A DNA stretch of 44,480 nucleotides from a virus. Below the pieces are notes generated by a model, which saw only the letters and a list, made by a program, of their open reading frames with translations, did not search any database and was not told the DNA's origin. The DNA is taken from IMG/VR virus record IMGVR_UViG_3300048785_000093, positions 1-44,480 of that record. One strand, written 5' to 3'. Positions 7,830 through 16,775 of this stretch are shown piece after piece. Position numbers and translations under genes: made by a program. Every line of letters begins with the position of its first letter. Within the stretch, counting starts at the first letter, position 1.

Positions 7830-9176
7830 ATGCACAGCATGGTCACTGAAACGACAACCATAAATGCGGGCAACGCAGGGAAGCCCGGAGAGGCGGCACC
7901 AGCCGTCCAGAAATCTGCACAGGCGCCGGCAGCGGCCGCAACGACTGCCATTGACCCGAAGAATTTAACGCCGGAAGGCATGACGCGACTGTTAAGCACG
8001 GATCTCGTCGAAGCCGAACCGGCATCCGCCCCAAAGGCGGCAGCCAGACCACCGGGCGAAGAAGTGCAGCCGGGTGCGAAGGCTGGTGACGATGAACCAA
8101 AAGAGCCGGAATGGACGCCGGACCAGAAAGCGTGGTTTGAACTGCGCGACAAGGCGGCAAACGCGGACGAAATATCCGCAGCCGACGGACAGGCACCGGA
8201 ATTCAGTGATGAACAAAGGGCTTGGCTGGAAGCGAACGAAACAGGCCAGAGTCCAGAGTCCAGAGCCGGCAGTCTGCCGGAGCATCTGGAGGCTGAACTT
8301 GAACAGTGGGAGAAGGCGGGCGGCACGCTGCCGCCGGCGCTTCAAAAGCTGGTGGAGAAACGCATCCACAAGATCACGGACGAGCGGGACGGGCACAAAC
8401 AACGGGCGGACGCGGCGGAAGCCGAGGTTACCCGGCTGACGGGCGAACTGGAGCAGGGCGCACGGCCGCCGGCCACGGGGCCGGGAGGGATGGATGAGAA
8501 ATCACTGGGTAAAACGGAAAACGACGCCAAGCAGTTCAGGGCGGACGCGAAGGCCTTCATTGACGGCTACGCGGACGAGGCGGCAACGGACCGCATCCAG
8601 AAATGGATGACGGCACGCGGGGTGGACGAGAAGGGACTGCGCCGGACACTGAACGACGTGGGCGAGTGGCTGCAGGAAACGCTGCCGTCGCTCAAACAGA
8701 ACGTGAAGGCGTTCCGCCAGCAGGAAACGGCCAATGAACCCGTGGTGAAAGCCTGGTTCCCAACGCTGGACAGCAAGGACAGCGAAGAGGGCAAGTTTGC
8801 GGCGGAAGTGATGCGGTTTGTGCCGGAATTGAAAAGCCGGAGTCCGGCCCATCGTTTTGCGGCCGGGGTATATGCCCTGGGCAACGTGGTCTGGAGCCAT
8901 TACCTGAAGGCCAACGGCGGCGACGCAAGCAAGGCGAACGTGGACATCATAAAGGCCACGCGGGAATTGCTGGCCAGGCACGTGCCCATCACGAACGGGC
9001 AGGCGGCATTTGCGGGGCGGAAAGCGCCACCGCGATTGCCAGTGCGGTCCGGAAGCCCGGGCCGGAGCCCGAGTGCGACGCGGAAGGACGCGCAAGCCGA
9101 GGAGGCAAGCCAATCCATACGGGAAAATCCAAGCGCGGAGAACGTAACGGCGGCGTTGAAAGCGGCCTTGGTCTGA
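7830..9176 (+). CDS. Scaffolding-like protein (acidic, Ala/Glu-rich, predicted coiled coil)
   Basis: Low-complexity acidic and helical composition. Located directly upstream of the major capsid gene. Confidence 0.5.
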   Translation: MHSMVTETTTINAGNAGKPGEAAPAVQKSAQAPAAAATTAIDPKNLTPEGMTRLLSTDLVEAEPASAPKAAARPPGEEVQPGAKAGDDEPKEPEWTPDQKAWFELRDKAANADEISAADGQAPEFSDEQRAWLEANETGQSPESRAGSLPEHLEAELEQWEKAGGTLPPALQKLVEKRIHKITDERDGHKQRADAAEAEVTRLTGELEQGARPPATGPGGMDEKSLGKTENDAKQFRADAKAFIDGYADEAATDRIQKWMTARGVDEKGLRRTLNDVGEWLQETLPSLKQNVKAFRQQETANEPVVKAWFPTLDSKDSEEGKFAAEVMRFVPELKSRSPAHRFAAGVYALGNVVWSHYLKANGGDASKANVDIIKATRELLARHVPITNGQAAFAGRKAPPRLPVRSGSPGRSPSATRKDAQAEEASQSIRENPSAENVTAALKAALV

Positions 9177-9200
9177 GTCACGAAAAGTTTGGAAATTGCA

Positions 9201-9236
9201 CTTCGTTTAACCAAAAGCTGAAAAGCTGAAACGAAG
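9201..9236 (+). promoter_or_regulatory. Hairpin in the capsid-gene leader (8-bp stem CTTCGTTT/AAACGAAG; the 20-nt loop carries a tandem AAAAGCTG)
   Basis: Inverted repeat read directly from the sequence. It ends 10 nt before the ATG at 9247. Confidence 0.45.
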
Positions 9237-9246
9237 AAAGAAAATT

Positions 9247-10263
9247 ATGTTACTGGAGAAAAATGTAGTTGGCAAGAAGACGGATTGGGCGAATTACATC
9301 ACCCTGTCCGACGAACACGAAACGCCGCTGCTGAAGCGGCTGCCGAAGGGCGAACGGCCGGTGAATGTGGTGAAGCATTACCAGGCGGACACCTACGAAA
9401 CGCCCACGCCGAGCGCGTGGCCGGAAGGCAAGGCCTGGGACACCTTCACCAGCGCGGGTGCGCAGCGCAAGGAGCTGCAGGCCCGGGTGCAATACCTGGT
9501 GCAGACGGCGGCGGTGGGCAAGCTGGCGCAGGACGTGACGGACACGGCGGGCGTGAACGACGAACTGGCCCGCGAGATCACCAAGAAAATGACGGTGCTG
9601 GCGCGGCAGATTGAATGCCATGCGGCCAGCGACCAGCCGAGTTACGCGGACGACGGCCAGACGGGCAACATGTTCCGGGGAATCGGGAAATGGCTGCAAA
9701 CCACGGCGCAGTCCGACGCGGACAGCGACGTGCCGGCCAGCATCCGGCCAGCCAGCGACCAGATCTTCACCGGAGCGACCACCACACTCTACGAAAACAC
9801 CCTGAAGACGGTTTGTCAGAGCATGTGGACGGCGACGGGCCGGATGAACCGGAACCTGGTGTTGTTCGGCGGGGCATCGCTGATCAACCAGATTGCGGAA
9901 AACTTCCAATGGTTCAAGCCGAGCGACGCGGCCACGCAGGCATCGGCGCGCATCGCTTATCGGGAAGAGGGCAATGCGACCCTGGGCAGCCGGATCAGCA
10001 CCTACGAAAGCTCGTGGGGCACGATTGAACTGCAGCCGACGAAATGGAACATCGCGGTGGGATTCAGCGGCGGCTCGGCCACCTACGGTCCCTGGCGCGG
10101 TTATCTGTTGCATCCGGAAATGTGGATGTGGCACTGGAACCAGAAGCCGACGGTTTACCAGCCGGAATACAAGGGCGGCGCATATACCTGCGCCATCGAG
10201 GCGATCATCATGCTGCTCTGCAAAAATCCGATTGGCGAGGCGGCCTTCAAATCGGCCAGCTAA
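9247..10263 (+). CDS. Major capsid protein (SU10/DUF5309-like pattern)
   Basis: The N-terminal DWANYITLSDEHETPLLKRLPKGERPVNVVKHYQADTYE matches the d.i..isp.dTPl.s.l.k......h.W pattern of that family. Size (338 aa) and position fit. Confidence 0.7.
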   Translation: MLLEKNVVGKKTDWANYITLSDEHETPLLKRLPKGERPVNVVKHYQADTYETPTPSAWPEGKAWDTFTSAGAQRKELQARVQYLVQTAAVGKLAQDVTDTAGVNDELAREITKKMTVLARQIECHAASDQPSYADDGQTGNMFRGIGKWLQTTAQSDADSDVPASIRPASDQIFTGATTTLYENTLKTVCQSMWTATGRMNRNLVLFGGASLINQIAENFQWFKPSDAATQASARIAYREEGNATLGSRISTYESSWGTIELQPTKWNIAVGFSGGSATYGPWRGYLLHPEMWMWHWNQKPTVYQPEYKGGAYTCAIEAIIMLLCKNPIGEAAFKSAS

Positions 10264-10302
10264 ACAACAACGAAAACAACACAAATTTAACCAAACAAAA
10301 TT

Positions 10303-10812
10303 ATGAGTAGCAACATTGGAACATTGATCCCGCTGGCGGCGGAGTCGAACGTGGCGGGCTTCACGCACATTCTGCGCCTGACCTACAAGGACGTTTTGCA
10401 ACTGACGAGCGCGACACTGCAAGCGGTGGTGCCGAACAACGCGCTGGCATCGGCGACCGCCGTGCTGCCGGCCGGCATGCACGTCTCGAAGGTGGTGCCT
10501 TACGTGGCGGTGGCGTTCACCGCGAGCGCAGGCACCCTCACAACGCTCACGTTCATTCTGGGCGACGATGGCAGCACCAACCGTTACGTGGCGGCCATGG
10601 ACGCCATGACCAAGGCGTGGGGCATTGCCTACACCGGCAAGTTCGTTTACGTGGCGGCCAACACGATTGACATCATCTTCACGCTGAACACGAATTCAAC
10701 GGCGGTGATATCGAGCGTGGCGACCCTGAGCGCGGGGCAGATTGACTTCTACCTGCAACTTCAGGACTGCAGCAAGCTGGTGAACACGGTTGAACCGGAC
10801 GCAACGGCGTAA
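10303..10812 (+). CDS. Virion protein following the capsid gene (possible decoration protein)
   Basis: 169-aa Ala/Thr/Val-rich ORF, called by position only. Confidence 0.45.
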   Translation: MSSNIGTLIPLAAESNVAGFTHILRLTYKDVLQLTSATLQAVVPNNALASATAVLPAGMHVSKVVPYVAVAFTASAGTLTTLTFILGDDGSTNRYVAAMDAMTKAWGIAYTGKFVYVAANTIDIIFTLNTNSTAVISSVATLSAGQIDFYLQLQDCSKLVNTVEPDATA

Positions 10813-10828
10813 TGGCCGCGGCGGCAAC

Positions 10829-10858
10829 TTTCCCGCGTTAAGGAGTTGGCGCGGGAAA
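10829..10858 (+). promoter_or_regulatory. 9-bp hairpin TTTCCCGCG/CGCGGGAAA with AAGGAG in its 12-nt loop
   Basis: Inverted repeat read directly. It lies between the stop at 10812 and the ATG at 10860. Confidence 0.45.
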
Positions 10859-10859
10859 C

Positions 10860-11294
10860 ATGGGAATGGAGGCCGGCGTGAGTTTTCAAAGTTTCTCACG
10901 CCGGCCATTCAAACGCACGGAAATGGAAATTGATTTATCGAGATTGCCGGCGGCGGTGCAGAAGGCGATGGACCGGATTTTCCGGCAGGACGCCGACTTG
11001 AAGGTTTTGAAGGCGGTCGAACGGCAGACGCGCCTGGCCCGGGAGGCGCGCCGGAGGCCGCATCGGTGGCAGGACGACCTGGGGCCTCAACGGCTCATGC
11101 TGGATCCGTTGGTTGACGCCTATTGGACGGCGCAATACGGCCACAACTGGCTGGAGAATCAGAGCCTGGTCCGGTTTTTGATGCGGCGCAATCCGGAAAT
11201 TGTTGGCCAGAACGAAAGCCGTAAAATCCAGGTGGGATACGGAGGCCGCGGGAAAATCAAGTGGGACCGGGGCACGATGGAATTTGCAAGATGA
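10860..11294 (+). CDS. Hypothetical structural-module protein (start uncertain; alternative ATG at 10924)
   Basis: ORF in the structural operon. No motif recognised. Confidence 0.45.
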   Translation: MGMEAGVSFQSFSRRPFKRTEMEIDLSRLPAAVQKAMDRIFRQDADLKVLKAVERQTRLAREARRRPHRWQDDLGPQRLMLDPLVDAYWTAQYGHNWLENQSLVRFLMRRNPEIVGQNESRKIQVGYGGRGKIKWDRGTMEFAR

Positions 11295-12352
11295 GAACGG
11301 TTGATTACAGCGAAGTGTTGTTTGGCAGCGCGGCCCTGGCCGGGTTTGGTAAGACGGACCTGGGCGGCCCGGAATTTGCGCTGTTCCGCACGTTCCACGA
11401 CCGGCGCCTGCAGGTGGCCTGGGAGATACATCGCTGGCCGGAAATCTGCCTGGTGGAGCAGCGGCAATACCGGGCCAACTGGGATGGCGCAGCAACCTAT
11501 GCCGCGGCGATCGCGCCGGTGGCGGGCACCTACCCGGACAACTCGGCCAACGAGGTGTTTGACGTGCCCACCGCGCAGTATTTTCAGAGTTTGCAGGCCG
11601 GCAACATAAACAACAAGCCGACGATTGGCGGCGTCGAGAATTCCGCCTGGTGGGCCGCCTGCAAGACACAATACGCGGCCAATGACTGGCTGCCGGGCAC
11701 CGATTACAACCTGGCCGATCAGGTGCGGGACACGGCCACGAACCTGTTTTATCAGTGCATAGCGCCGCACACGAGCGGCGCGGCATTTGACGGCGCGAAT
11801 TGGGGACTGCTGACGCCGTTTAACAAGGTGATTGTCTATGAGCAAACGGGCTTGACCCCGATTGGAGAATACTTTGCGACATTTGACAAGGACCCGCGAG
11901 TGACGACGCAGTTGAGACGGTTTCCGTTCTGGCTCTCGGACGCCGGGGCGCAATTTGCGGTGACTGCGCCGGCGCAACTCTGGATCTATTACCGGACGCG
12001 GCGCCCGACGCTGCTGGGCGACGCCTGGGACAGCAGGGCCCTTTATGCCGCGGGCGACCAGGTTTATTTTGCGGCCGTGAGCGGCGGAAGCGGGAATTTT
12101 TATAGGGCGCTTTCAGCGGTTACGAACGGTCAAAGCCCTGCGACTACTCCCACACGGTGGCAGGCGGTGCAGATACCCTATTTTCTGCGCGGCTACCTGG
12201 TGGAAGGCGGCTACGCGGACTGGCTCACGAGTGACGGCCAGGCGGACAAGGCGGCGGCGATGGAAGCCGGGGCTGGCAGCTACCTCGAGCTGGAAGCGGA
12301 CAAGGTGCAGCGGCAACAACAACAAGTGGCGAGATTTTTGATGAGCGCCTGA
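11291..12352 (+). CDS. Structural protein with three CBM5/12-like (chitin-binding type 3-like) repeats
   Basis: ATG at 11291 forms an ATGA overlap. Repeats include W..GTDYNLADQVRD....FYQCIAPHTSG......NW and W.....YAAGDQVYF.......FYRALS...NGQSP......W. Confidence 0.5.
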   Translation: MRTVDYSEVLFGSAALAGFGKTDLGGPEFALFRTFHDRRLQVAWEIHRWPEICLVEQRQYRANWDGAATYAAAIAPVAGTYPDNSANEVFDVPTAQYFQSLQAGNINNKPTIGGVENSAWWAACKTQYAANDWLPGTDYNLADQVRDTATNLFYQCIAPHTSGAAFDGANWGLLTPFNKVIVYEQTGLTPIGEYFATFDKDPRVTTQLRRFPFWLSDAGAQFAVTAPAQLWIYYRTRRPTLLGDAWDSRALYAAGDQVYFAAVSGGSGNFYRALSAVTNGQSPATTPTRWQAVQIPYFLRGYLVEGGYADWLTSDGQADKAAAMEAGAGSYLELEADKVQRQQQQVARFLMSA

Positions 12353-12375
12353 CGGCGCAAAACAAAAGGCAAAAT

Positions 12376-12747
12376 ATGAATGTGAAAATAATGGGCGCAG
12401 ACGCGGCGCCGAACAACATCAGCGGCGGACATTACGTGTCGGTCCTGCAGGCGACGGCCAAGCGGAGCCGGCTTTACAAGGTGAGTTACACCAACTTGAG
12501 CGGGGCCCCAATCTACCTGTGGGTGTTTGACGTGGCCATCGGCACGATTGCGAGCGTGGGGGCGATCATGAGCCGGGAATGCCCGGCCGGACTCTCGGAC
12601 ACGTGGGATTTTTACGACGGAGGCAAGCTGTTTCAAAACGGGATTTTCTTTGCCGTGAGCACCACGGCGCCAGCGGTCCCGACGAGCGCGCCGGCGGATG
12701 CCGGCAGCGACGCGGCGATGATCTCTGCTGATGTGAGGACCGGCTGA
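12376..12747 (+). CDS. Hypothetical structural protein (123 aa)
   Basis: ORF in the structural operon. Confidence 0.45.
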   Translation: MNVKIMGADAAPNNISGGHYVSVLQATAKRSRLYKVSYTNLSGAPIYLWVFDVAIGTIASVGAIMSRECPAGLSDTWDFYDGGKLFQNGIFFAVSTTAPAVPTSAPADAGSDAAMISADVRTG

Positions 12748-12755
12748 ACAAAATT

Positions 12756-14267
12756 ATGAAAACATTTATTGCGGTTTCAGCGGCGGTTTTGGCGGCGTGG
12801 ACGGCCTGGGCGCAGCCGAGCCCGGGTGGTGCCGGCACCGGCGGCCCGACGAACGGATTGACACTGGCGCAGACGGTTGACGTGGTTAAAAACGTGATGC
12901 TGACAAATTCCGCGCCTGTTCCAAATGCAACCACAGCGGTTACGGCGGGCAGCGCGCCAAATGGGGCGAGTTTGAATGTGGTGGCGAATGTGGTGACCAA
13001 TCACGGTTCTGCGACACTCACCACGATTCTTGCCAACAATTCGGTATTCTCACTCCAGGACAGCAACGGCGCATCTCGGTTTGGCTGGTCGGGTGGCCAG
13101 ACCTTGATTGATGACACTAACGGAGTTCGCATAAGAATCACCGGTGCGGGAGACACTAAATTATACGACTCGCTGGGAAACATCGAACTCACTATTGACA
13201 CGAATGGGGTTTCCGGCAACGGCGGCGGGTTTACGAACATTCAAAATGCTGCCAGCGCGACAAGAGCAAATTTGCAGTCATCTGCGGCAACGGCGGTTTT
13301 GGGAATAGACGGGACCGGACAATTTACAGCGACGGCTCTCAGTGCGTTTATGTTGGGCGCGCCAAATTTGGTCACTACCAACACCTTTACGGGTGCAAAC
13401 ACCTTTACCAACACCGCGAACAGTTTTACCGGCACCTTCACCGGCAACGCCAGCGGGTTGACTGGAGTGAACACAAATCTGATAGTGAACAACTACCAAT
13501 ATCCTGTGAGCATGGGAACTACCAACTGGTATGATGCCACGCATTATTATCTTACGAACTCCACAACAGGACTTTATGATTATCAGAACGTTACGACTGA
13601 TGTTTTAATCCGCACCAATACCCAGACTCATGCCTTTGATACCAGTGGTGTGGGAACCATATCATTGAGCGGGAGTATGCAGGCTGCATCTTTCTTCGGA
13701 AACGGCGGCGGGTTGACGTTCTCCAATGCTCCGTCAGGAACCATTGTCAGCAATCTCGGCGTGTCGGCTTCCGGCCAGACGGTTCTGGGGGTTCCGGCAA
13801 TCGGCGTCGGTGGCAGTTATAGCAATTTGGTCGTGACCGGCAGTTCATTTTCAGGCGACGGAGGCGGGATAACGAATCTTAATTTTACTGGCAGCACTAA
13901 CCTTGTAGGGACCGGGGGGGCATACACATTGACAGGTTCAATGGCAACGATTGATAGCACGGTCAACTTGACACTTGCAGCCGGAAATTATCTGGTCGGA
14001 GCGTCGGCCGTATACAGTTCTGCTTCAGCGTATGCCGCTGACATTGTTCAGATTCAACTGTATAATAGCACTGATAGCGCGTTAATAGGAAACTGCACTT
14101 ATTCAGGCCAAACGGGAACCACTCTTGGTTATCTTACAATGAATATACCAATAACATTTATTCATTTAAGCGCGACCAAAACGATTCTTTTACAAGGATA
14201 TAACATTGCAGCAAATCGAGGAACGCTTGCGGCGGGTGTTTCGGTAACGGTTCTCAAACTTCCATGA
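12756..14267 (+). CDS. Tail fibre protein with a signal-peptide-like N-terminus
   Basis: Repeated G(N/D)GGG(F/L/I)TN(I/L) and GNASGLTGVN motifs typical of tail fibres, with Thr/Asn/Gly-rich composition. The N-terminus is MKTFIAVSAAVLAAWTAWAQP. G+C is low at the 3' end. Confidence 0.7.
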   Translation: MKTFIAVSAAVLAAWTAWAQPSPGGAGTGGPTNGLTLAQTVDVVKNVMLTNSAPVPNATTAVTAGSAPNGASLNVVANVVTNHGSATLTTILANNSVFSLQDSNGASRFGWSGGQTLIDDTNGVRIRITGAGDTKLYDSLGNIELTIDTNGVSGNGGGFTNIQNAASATRANLQSSAATAVLGIDGTGQFTATALSAFMLGAPNLVTTNTFTGANTFTNTANSFTGTFTGNASGLTGVNTNLIVNNYQYPVSMGTTNWYDATHYYLTNSTTGLYDYQNVTTDVLIRTNTQTHAFDTSGVGTISLSGSMQAASFFGNGGGLTFSNAPSGTIVSNLGVSASGQTVLGVPAIGVGGSYSNLVVTGSSFSGDGGGITNLNFTGSTNLVGTGGAYTLTGSMATIDSTVNLTLAAGNYLVGASAVYSSASAYAADIVQIQLYNSTDSALIGNCTYSGQTGTTLGYLTMNIPITFIHLSATKTILLQGYNIAANRGTLAAGVSVTVLKLP

Positions 14268-15757
14268 TTCGTTTTCTTACAACCTGCTTTGTTGCTTTAA
14301 GCTGCCTTTCTGGTTTTACTGCCAATGGCATTTATGTGGCAGAAACCGCTCAAGGTTCCAACACTGGTGCTGATGCCGCCAACGCACACTCGCTTGATTG
14401 GGCCAATACAGTCTATGGCTGGCCGGGCGGCGACACAATTCATTTGGTCGGAACGTTGACCAGCGGCCTTGTGGTTGGGGGAAACTTCACTACCATCTAT
14501 TTTGAACCCAATGCCAAGTTCAGCGCCCCATACTGGCCGCAGCAATGGTGGGGCGGCGGGGCAATCACCATCCAAGGTCATTATGTCATCACGATTGACG
14601 GTGGTTCAAATGGCGTCATCGAATGCACTGACAACGGATCAACCAATACTTATCATGTGAACTCCTGCGGTGTGGGAGCGGGTAGCAGCGCCTACCTGAC
14701 TGTCAAAAATCTGACAATCGGCCCGTTATACAACCGAACCACGAATGCCGACCTGAGCACCACTTGTTACGGGATTCAAGACGTGAATACCGTTAATTCA
14801 GGTCCTATCTCCGGCATTATGGTGTCGAATTGCGTAATCCATGATTGCGCAAACGGGATCAACACAGACTTCAATGCGGGCTGCTCGAATTACACTTTTA
14901 TTGCCAACACAATTTCAAACGTAAACTGGGGTGGTAATTGCGCAGACCGCGACAGCAACGCCACGATTCAGAACGTGCTGGTGGCATCAAATCACATCTG
15001 GGCATTTTCCGCCTATGACGAGACAAACACGCCCGCCATAGCTTACCACCACAACGGATTTTACTGTTGGACGCAGCAGGGCGGTCACATGACCGGCGTG
15101 ACCTACATCGGCAACACCATCGGCCCCGGATTTGGACGCAATGCCAGTAGCGGCATGTGGATTGATAGCGGTCAAGTTGGCGGGATACTAGGGGCGCTCA
15201 TAGCCAACAACCTTGTCCTGTGCGCCACGGGTGATGCTCCGGGCAATGCGATGTTGGAAATAACCCGTGACGGTCAGATTTTGAACAACACCTTTTTTGG
15301 CGGCGGGGCGGGATACGCAATGACGTGCGGGTTCTACACCGGGAACGCAGTCATCATGGGAAACATCGTGGTGAACACATGCGCGTTTGTGGACAACTAT
15401 GGGTTTGACTCCCTGATTTTGGACAGCAACTTGGTTTACAATCTGACTCCGGGCGGGAATTACAGCTTAAACACTGGCGGTTCAGGCCACTTCTATTCAC
15501 TGGCCGAGATGCAGGGCATGGGCTATGAACTCCACACGCTCAATGTCAATCCCTTGCTGAACAGCGACGGCACTTTGCAAGCGGGCAGTCCGGCCATCGG
15601 TGCAGGGCCGAACTTTTCCAGCATTTTCACAACTGATAAGACTGGCAATCCACGACCGGCAACAGGCGCGTGGACAATCGGGGCGCTTGAGTATTCAACG
15701 GGCGCGCCGGCAACAACAAGTCCGGGCGGTATGCCGTGGGCTTTACGGAGACGTTAA
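14264..15757 (+). CDS. Right-handed parallel beta-helix protein (tailspike / polysaccharide depolymerase-like) with a signal-peptide-like N-terminus
   Basis: Periodic beta-helix rungs (VSNCVIHDCANGIN, ANTISNVNWGG, ASNHIW, GNTIGPG, NNLVL, NNTFFGGG, GNIVVN). The N-terminus is MIRFLTTCFVALSCLSGFTA. Confidence 0.65.
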   Translation: MIRFLTTCFVALSCLSGFTANGIYVAETAQGSNTGADAANAHSLDWANTVYGWPGGDTIHLVGTLTSGLVVGGNFTTIYFEPNAKFSAPYWPQQWWGGGAITIQGHYVITIDGGSNGVIECTDNGSTNTYHVNSCGVGAGSSAYLTVKNLTIGPLYNRTTNADLSTTCYGIQDVNTVNSGPISGIMVSNCVIHDCANGINTDFNAGCSNYTFIANTISNVNWGGNCADRDSNATIQNVLVASNHIWAFSAYDETNTPAIAYHHNGFYCWTQQGGHMTGVTYIGNTIGPGFGRNASSGMWIDSGQVGGILGALIANNLVLCATGDAPGNAMLEITRDGQILNNTFFGGGAGYAMTCGFYTGNAVIMGNIVVNTCAFVDNYGFDSLILDSNLVYNLTPGGNYSLNTGGSGHFYSLAEMQGMGYELHTLNVNPLLNSDGTLQAGSPAIGAGPNFSSIFTTDKTGNPRPATGAWTIGALEYSTGAPATTSPGGMPWALRRR

Positions 15758-15770
15758 AAATTAGGGAGAA

Positions 15771-16106
15771 ATGGAAACAATGCACTTACATCTTATCAAC
15801 GCCGCGCCAAAGTATCTGGTGCTGGGAGCCATATGTGCCGCTGTAGCAGTGGAGCAACTGGCAACCACTTACACCCAGACCTTTATAACGGTAATGGGAG
15901 AAATTGCCATTGCGTGCATCAGCGGCTATTGCCTCATCAAAGTTGCTCAGCTCAAGCAACACATCAACAGCCGCATGGACGACCTGTTGAAGCTCACCAA
16001 AGACGCCGCAAAAGCGGAGGGCGTGATTGAGGGCAAGCGGGAGGAACGTGAAGATGTGGCGGCGGTTGCAAAAGGGATTGCTGCACATGATCAACCTGGA
16101 AAGTAA
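15771..16106 (+). CDS. Two-TM membrane protein with a charged C-terminal tail (holin candidate)
   Basis: Hydrophobic segments LVLGAICAAVAV and IAIACISGYCLI, followed by a Lys/Glu-rich tail. Confidence 0.5.
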   Translation: METMHLHLINAAPKYLVLGAICAAVAVEQLATTYTQTFITVMGEIAIACISGYCLIKVAQLKQHINSRMDDLLKLTKDAAKAEGVIEGKREEREDVAAVAKGIAAHDQPGK

Positions 16107-16418
16107 ATGATGAACAGCCATTGGAAAACGAATCTGGGCGGCGCGGTGAGCGTGACAGGCACAACGCTGATAGGCGTGGGGGTGCTGGGCAACCTGACGG
16201 CTGGGCCGCATTCGGCACTGCTCTGGTATATCGCGCTGGTGGGTTTCATCCTGTCGGCCATCGGCAAGGGACTGACGGCGATATTCGCGGCGGACGCAAC
16301 GAAGGTTGACAACATCGCGGCATCCGTTGACCGGATGAACCAGCAGGGGACGTCCTATTTTGCCGCGCCCGCGGGCGACAAGCAACCAGCGCCGGGAGAC
16401 GGCGGGAAGCAACCATGA
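16107..16418 (+). CDS. Two-TM membrane protein (holin/antiholin candidate)
   Basis: WKTNLGGAVSVTGTTLIGVG ... LWYIALVGFILSAIGKGLTAIFAADA. Confidence 0.5.
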   Translation: MMNSHWKTNLGGAVSVTGTTLIGVGVLGNLTAGPHSALLWYIALVGFILSAIGKGLTAIFAADATKVDNIAASVDRMNQQGTSYFAAPAGDKQPAPGDGGKQP

Positions 16419-16421
16419 AAT

Positions 16422-16589
16422 ATGAGTGATAAAACCATTACAATCATCAGCATCGTGCTGCCATGTCTTGTAGTCGTGGCAGGTATCGGCCTGTGGTTTT
16501 TGGAACAGGCTGCGCAAGAGGTGGAGATGTGGGACAGGGATGACCACTGGGGGCGTAAAGATGACCACGAACAAAAAGAAAAGCTATGA
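16422..16589 (+). CDS. 55-aa single-TM protein (below the ORF-track cutoff)
   Basis: Hand translation: MSDKTITIISIVLPCLVVVAGIGLWFLEQAAQEVEMWDRDDHWGRKDDHEQKEKL. Confidence 0.45.
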   Translation: MSDKTITIISIVLPCLVVVAGIGLWFLEQAAQEVEMWDRDDHWGRKDDHEQKEKL

Positions 16590-16723
16590 TGAATGAAGAC
16601 GAAGAAAAGATAAGTCGTGTGGTTAACAGTTGTCCAGGCATACGGGACGCCCTTATTATCCTGTGTATCCTGGTCTTGGCGGCATTGTTTATTGCAAGAG
16701 TGATAGTGGGCTTGAATAAATGA
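16586..16723 (+). CDS. 45-aa single-TM protein (below the ORF-track cutoff)
   Basis: Hand translation: MMNEDEEKISRVVNSCPGIRDALIILCILVLAALFIARVIVGLNK. ATGA overlap with the previous ORF. Confidence 0.4.
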   Translation: MMNEDEEKISRVVNSCPGIRDALIILCILVLAALFIARVIVGLNK

Positions 16724-16746
16724 AACCGCTTATAGTTATAGATGGA

Positions 16747-16765
16747 GACAGGCGCGACGCCTGTC
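16747..16765 (+). terminator. Hairpin GACAGGCG-cga-CGCCTGTC (8-bp stem), no U-tract
   Basis: Inverted repeat read directly. It lies upstream of gene 16776..17144. Confidence 0.35.
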
Positions 16766-16775
16766 CTACGACGGT

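Noticed and set aside
9250-10482. 410-aa minus-strand ORF across the capsid gene. Similar long antisense ORFs occur at 30156..31745, 26761..27447, 33075..34010, 34377..35357 and 15786..16574.
   Set aside because: All are antisense to genes with clear motifs or context and have Arg/Ala/Pro/His-rich junk composition. They are shadow ORFs.
13914-13920. G7 run in the tail-fibre gene as a possible phase-variation tract
   Set aside because: It is short compared with the G13 tract. There is no open alternative frame of note and no supporting context.
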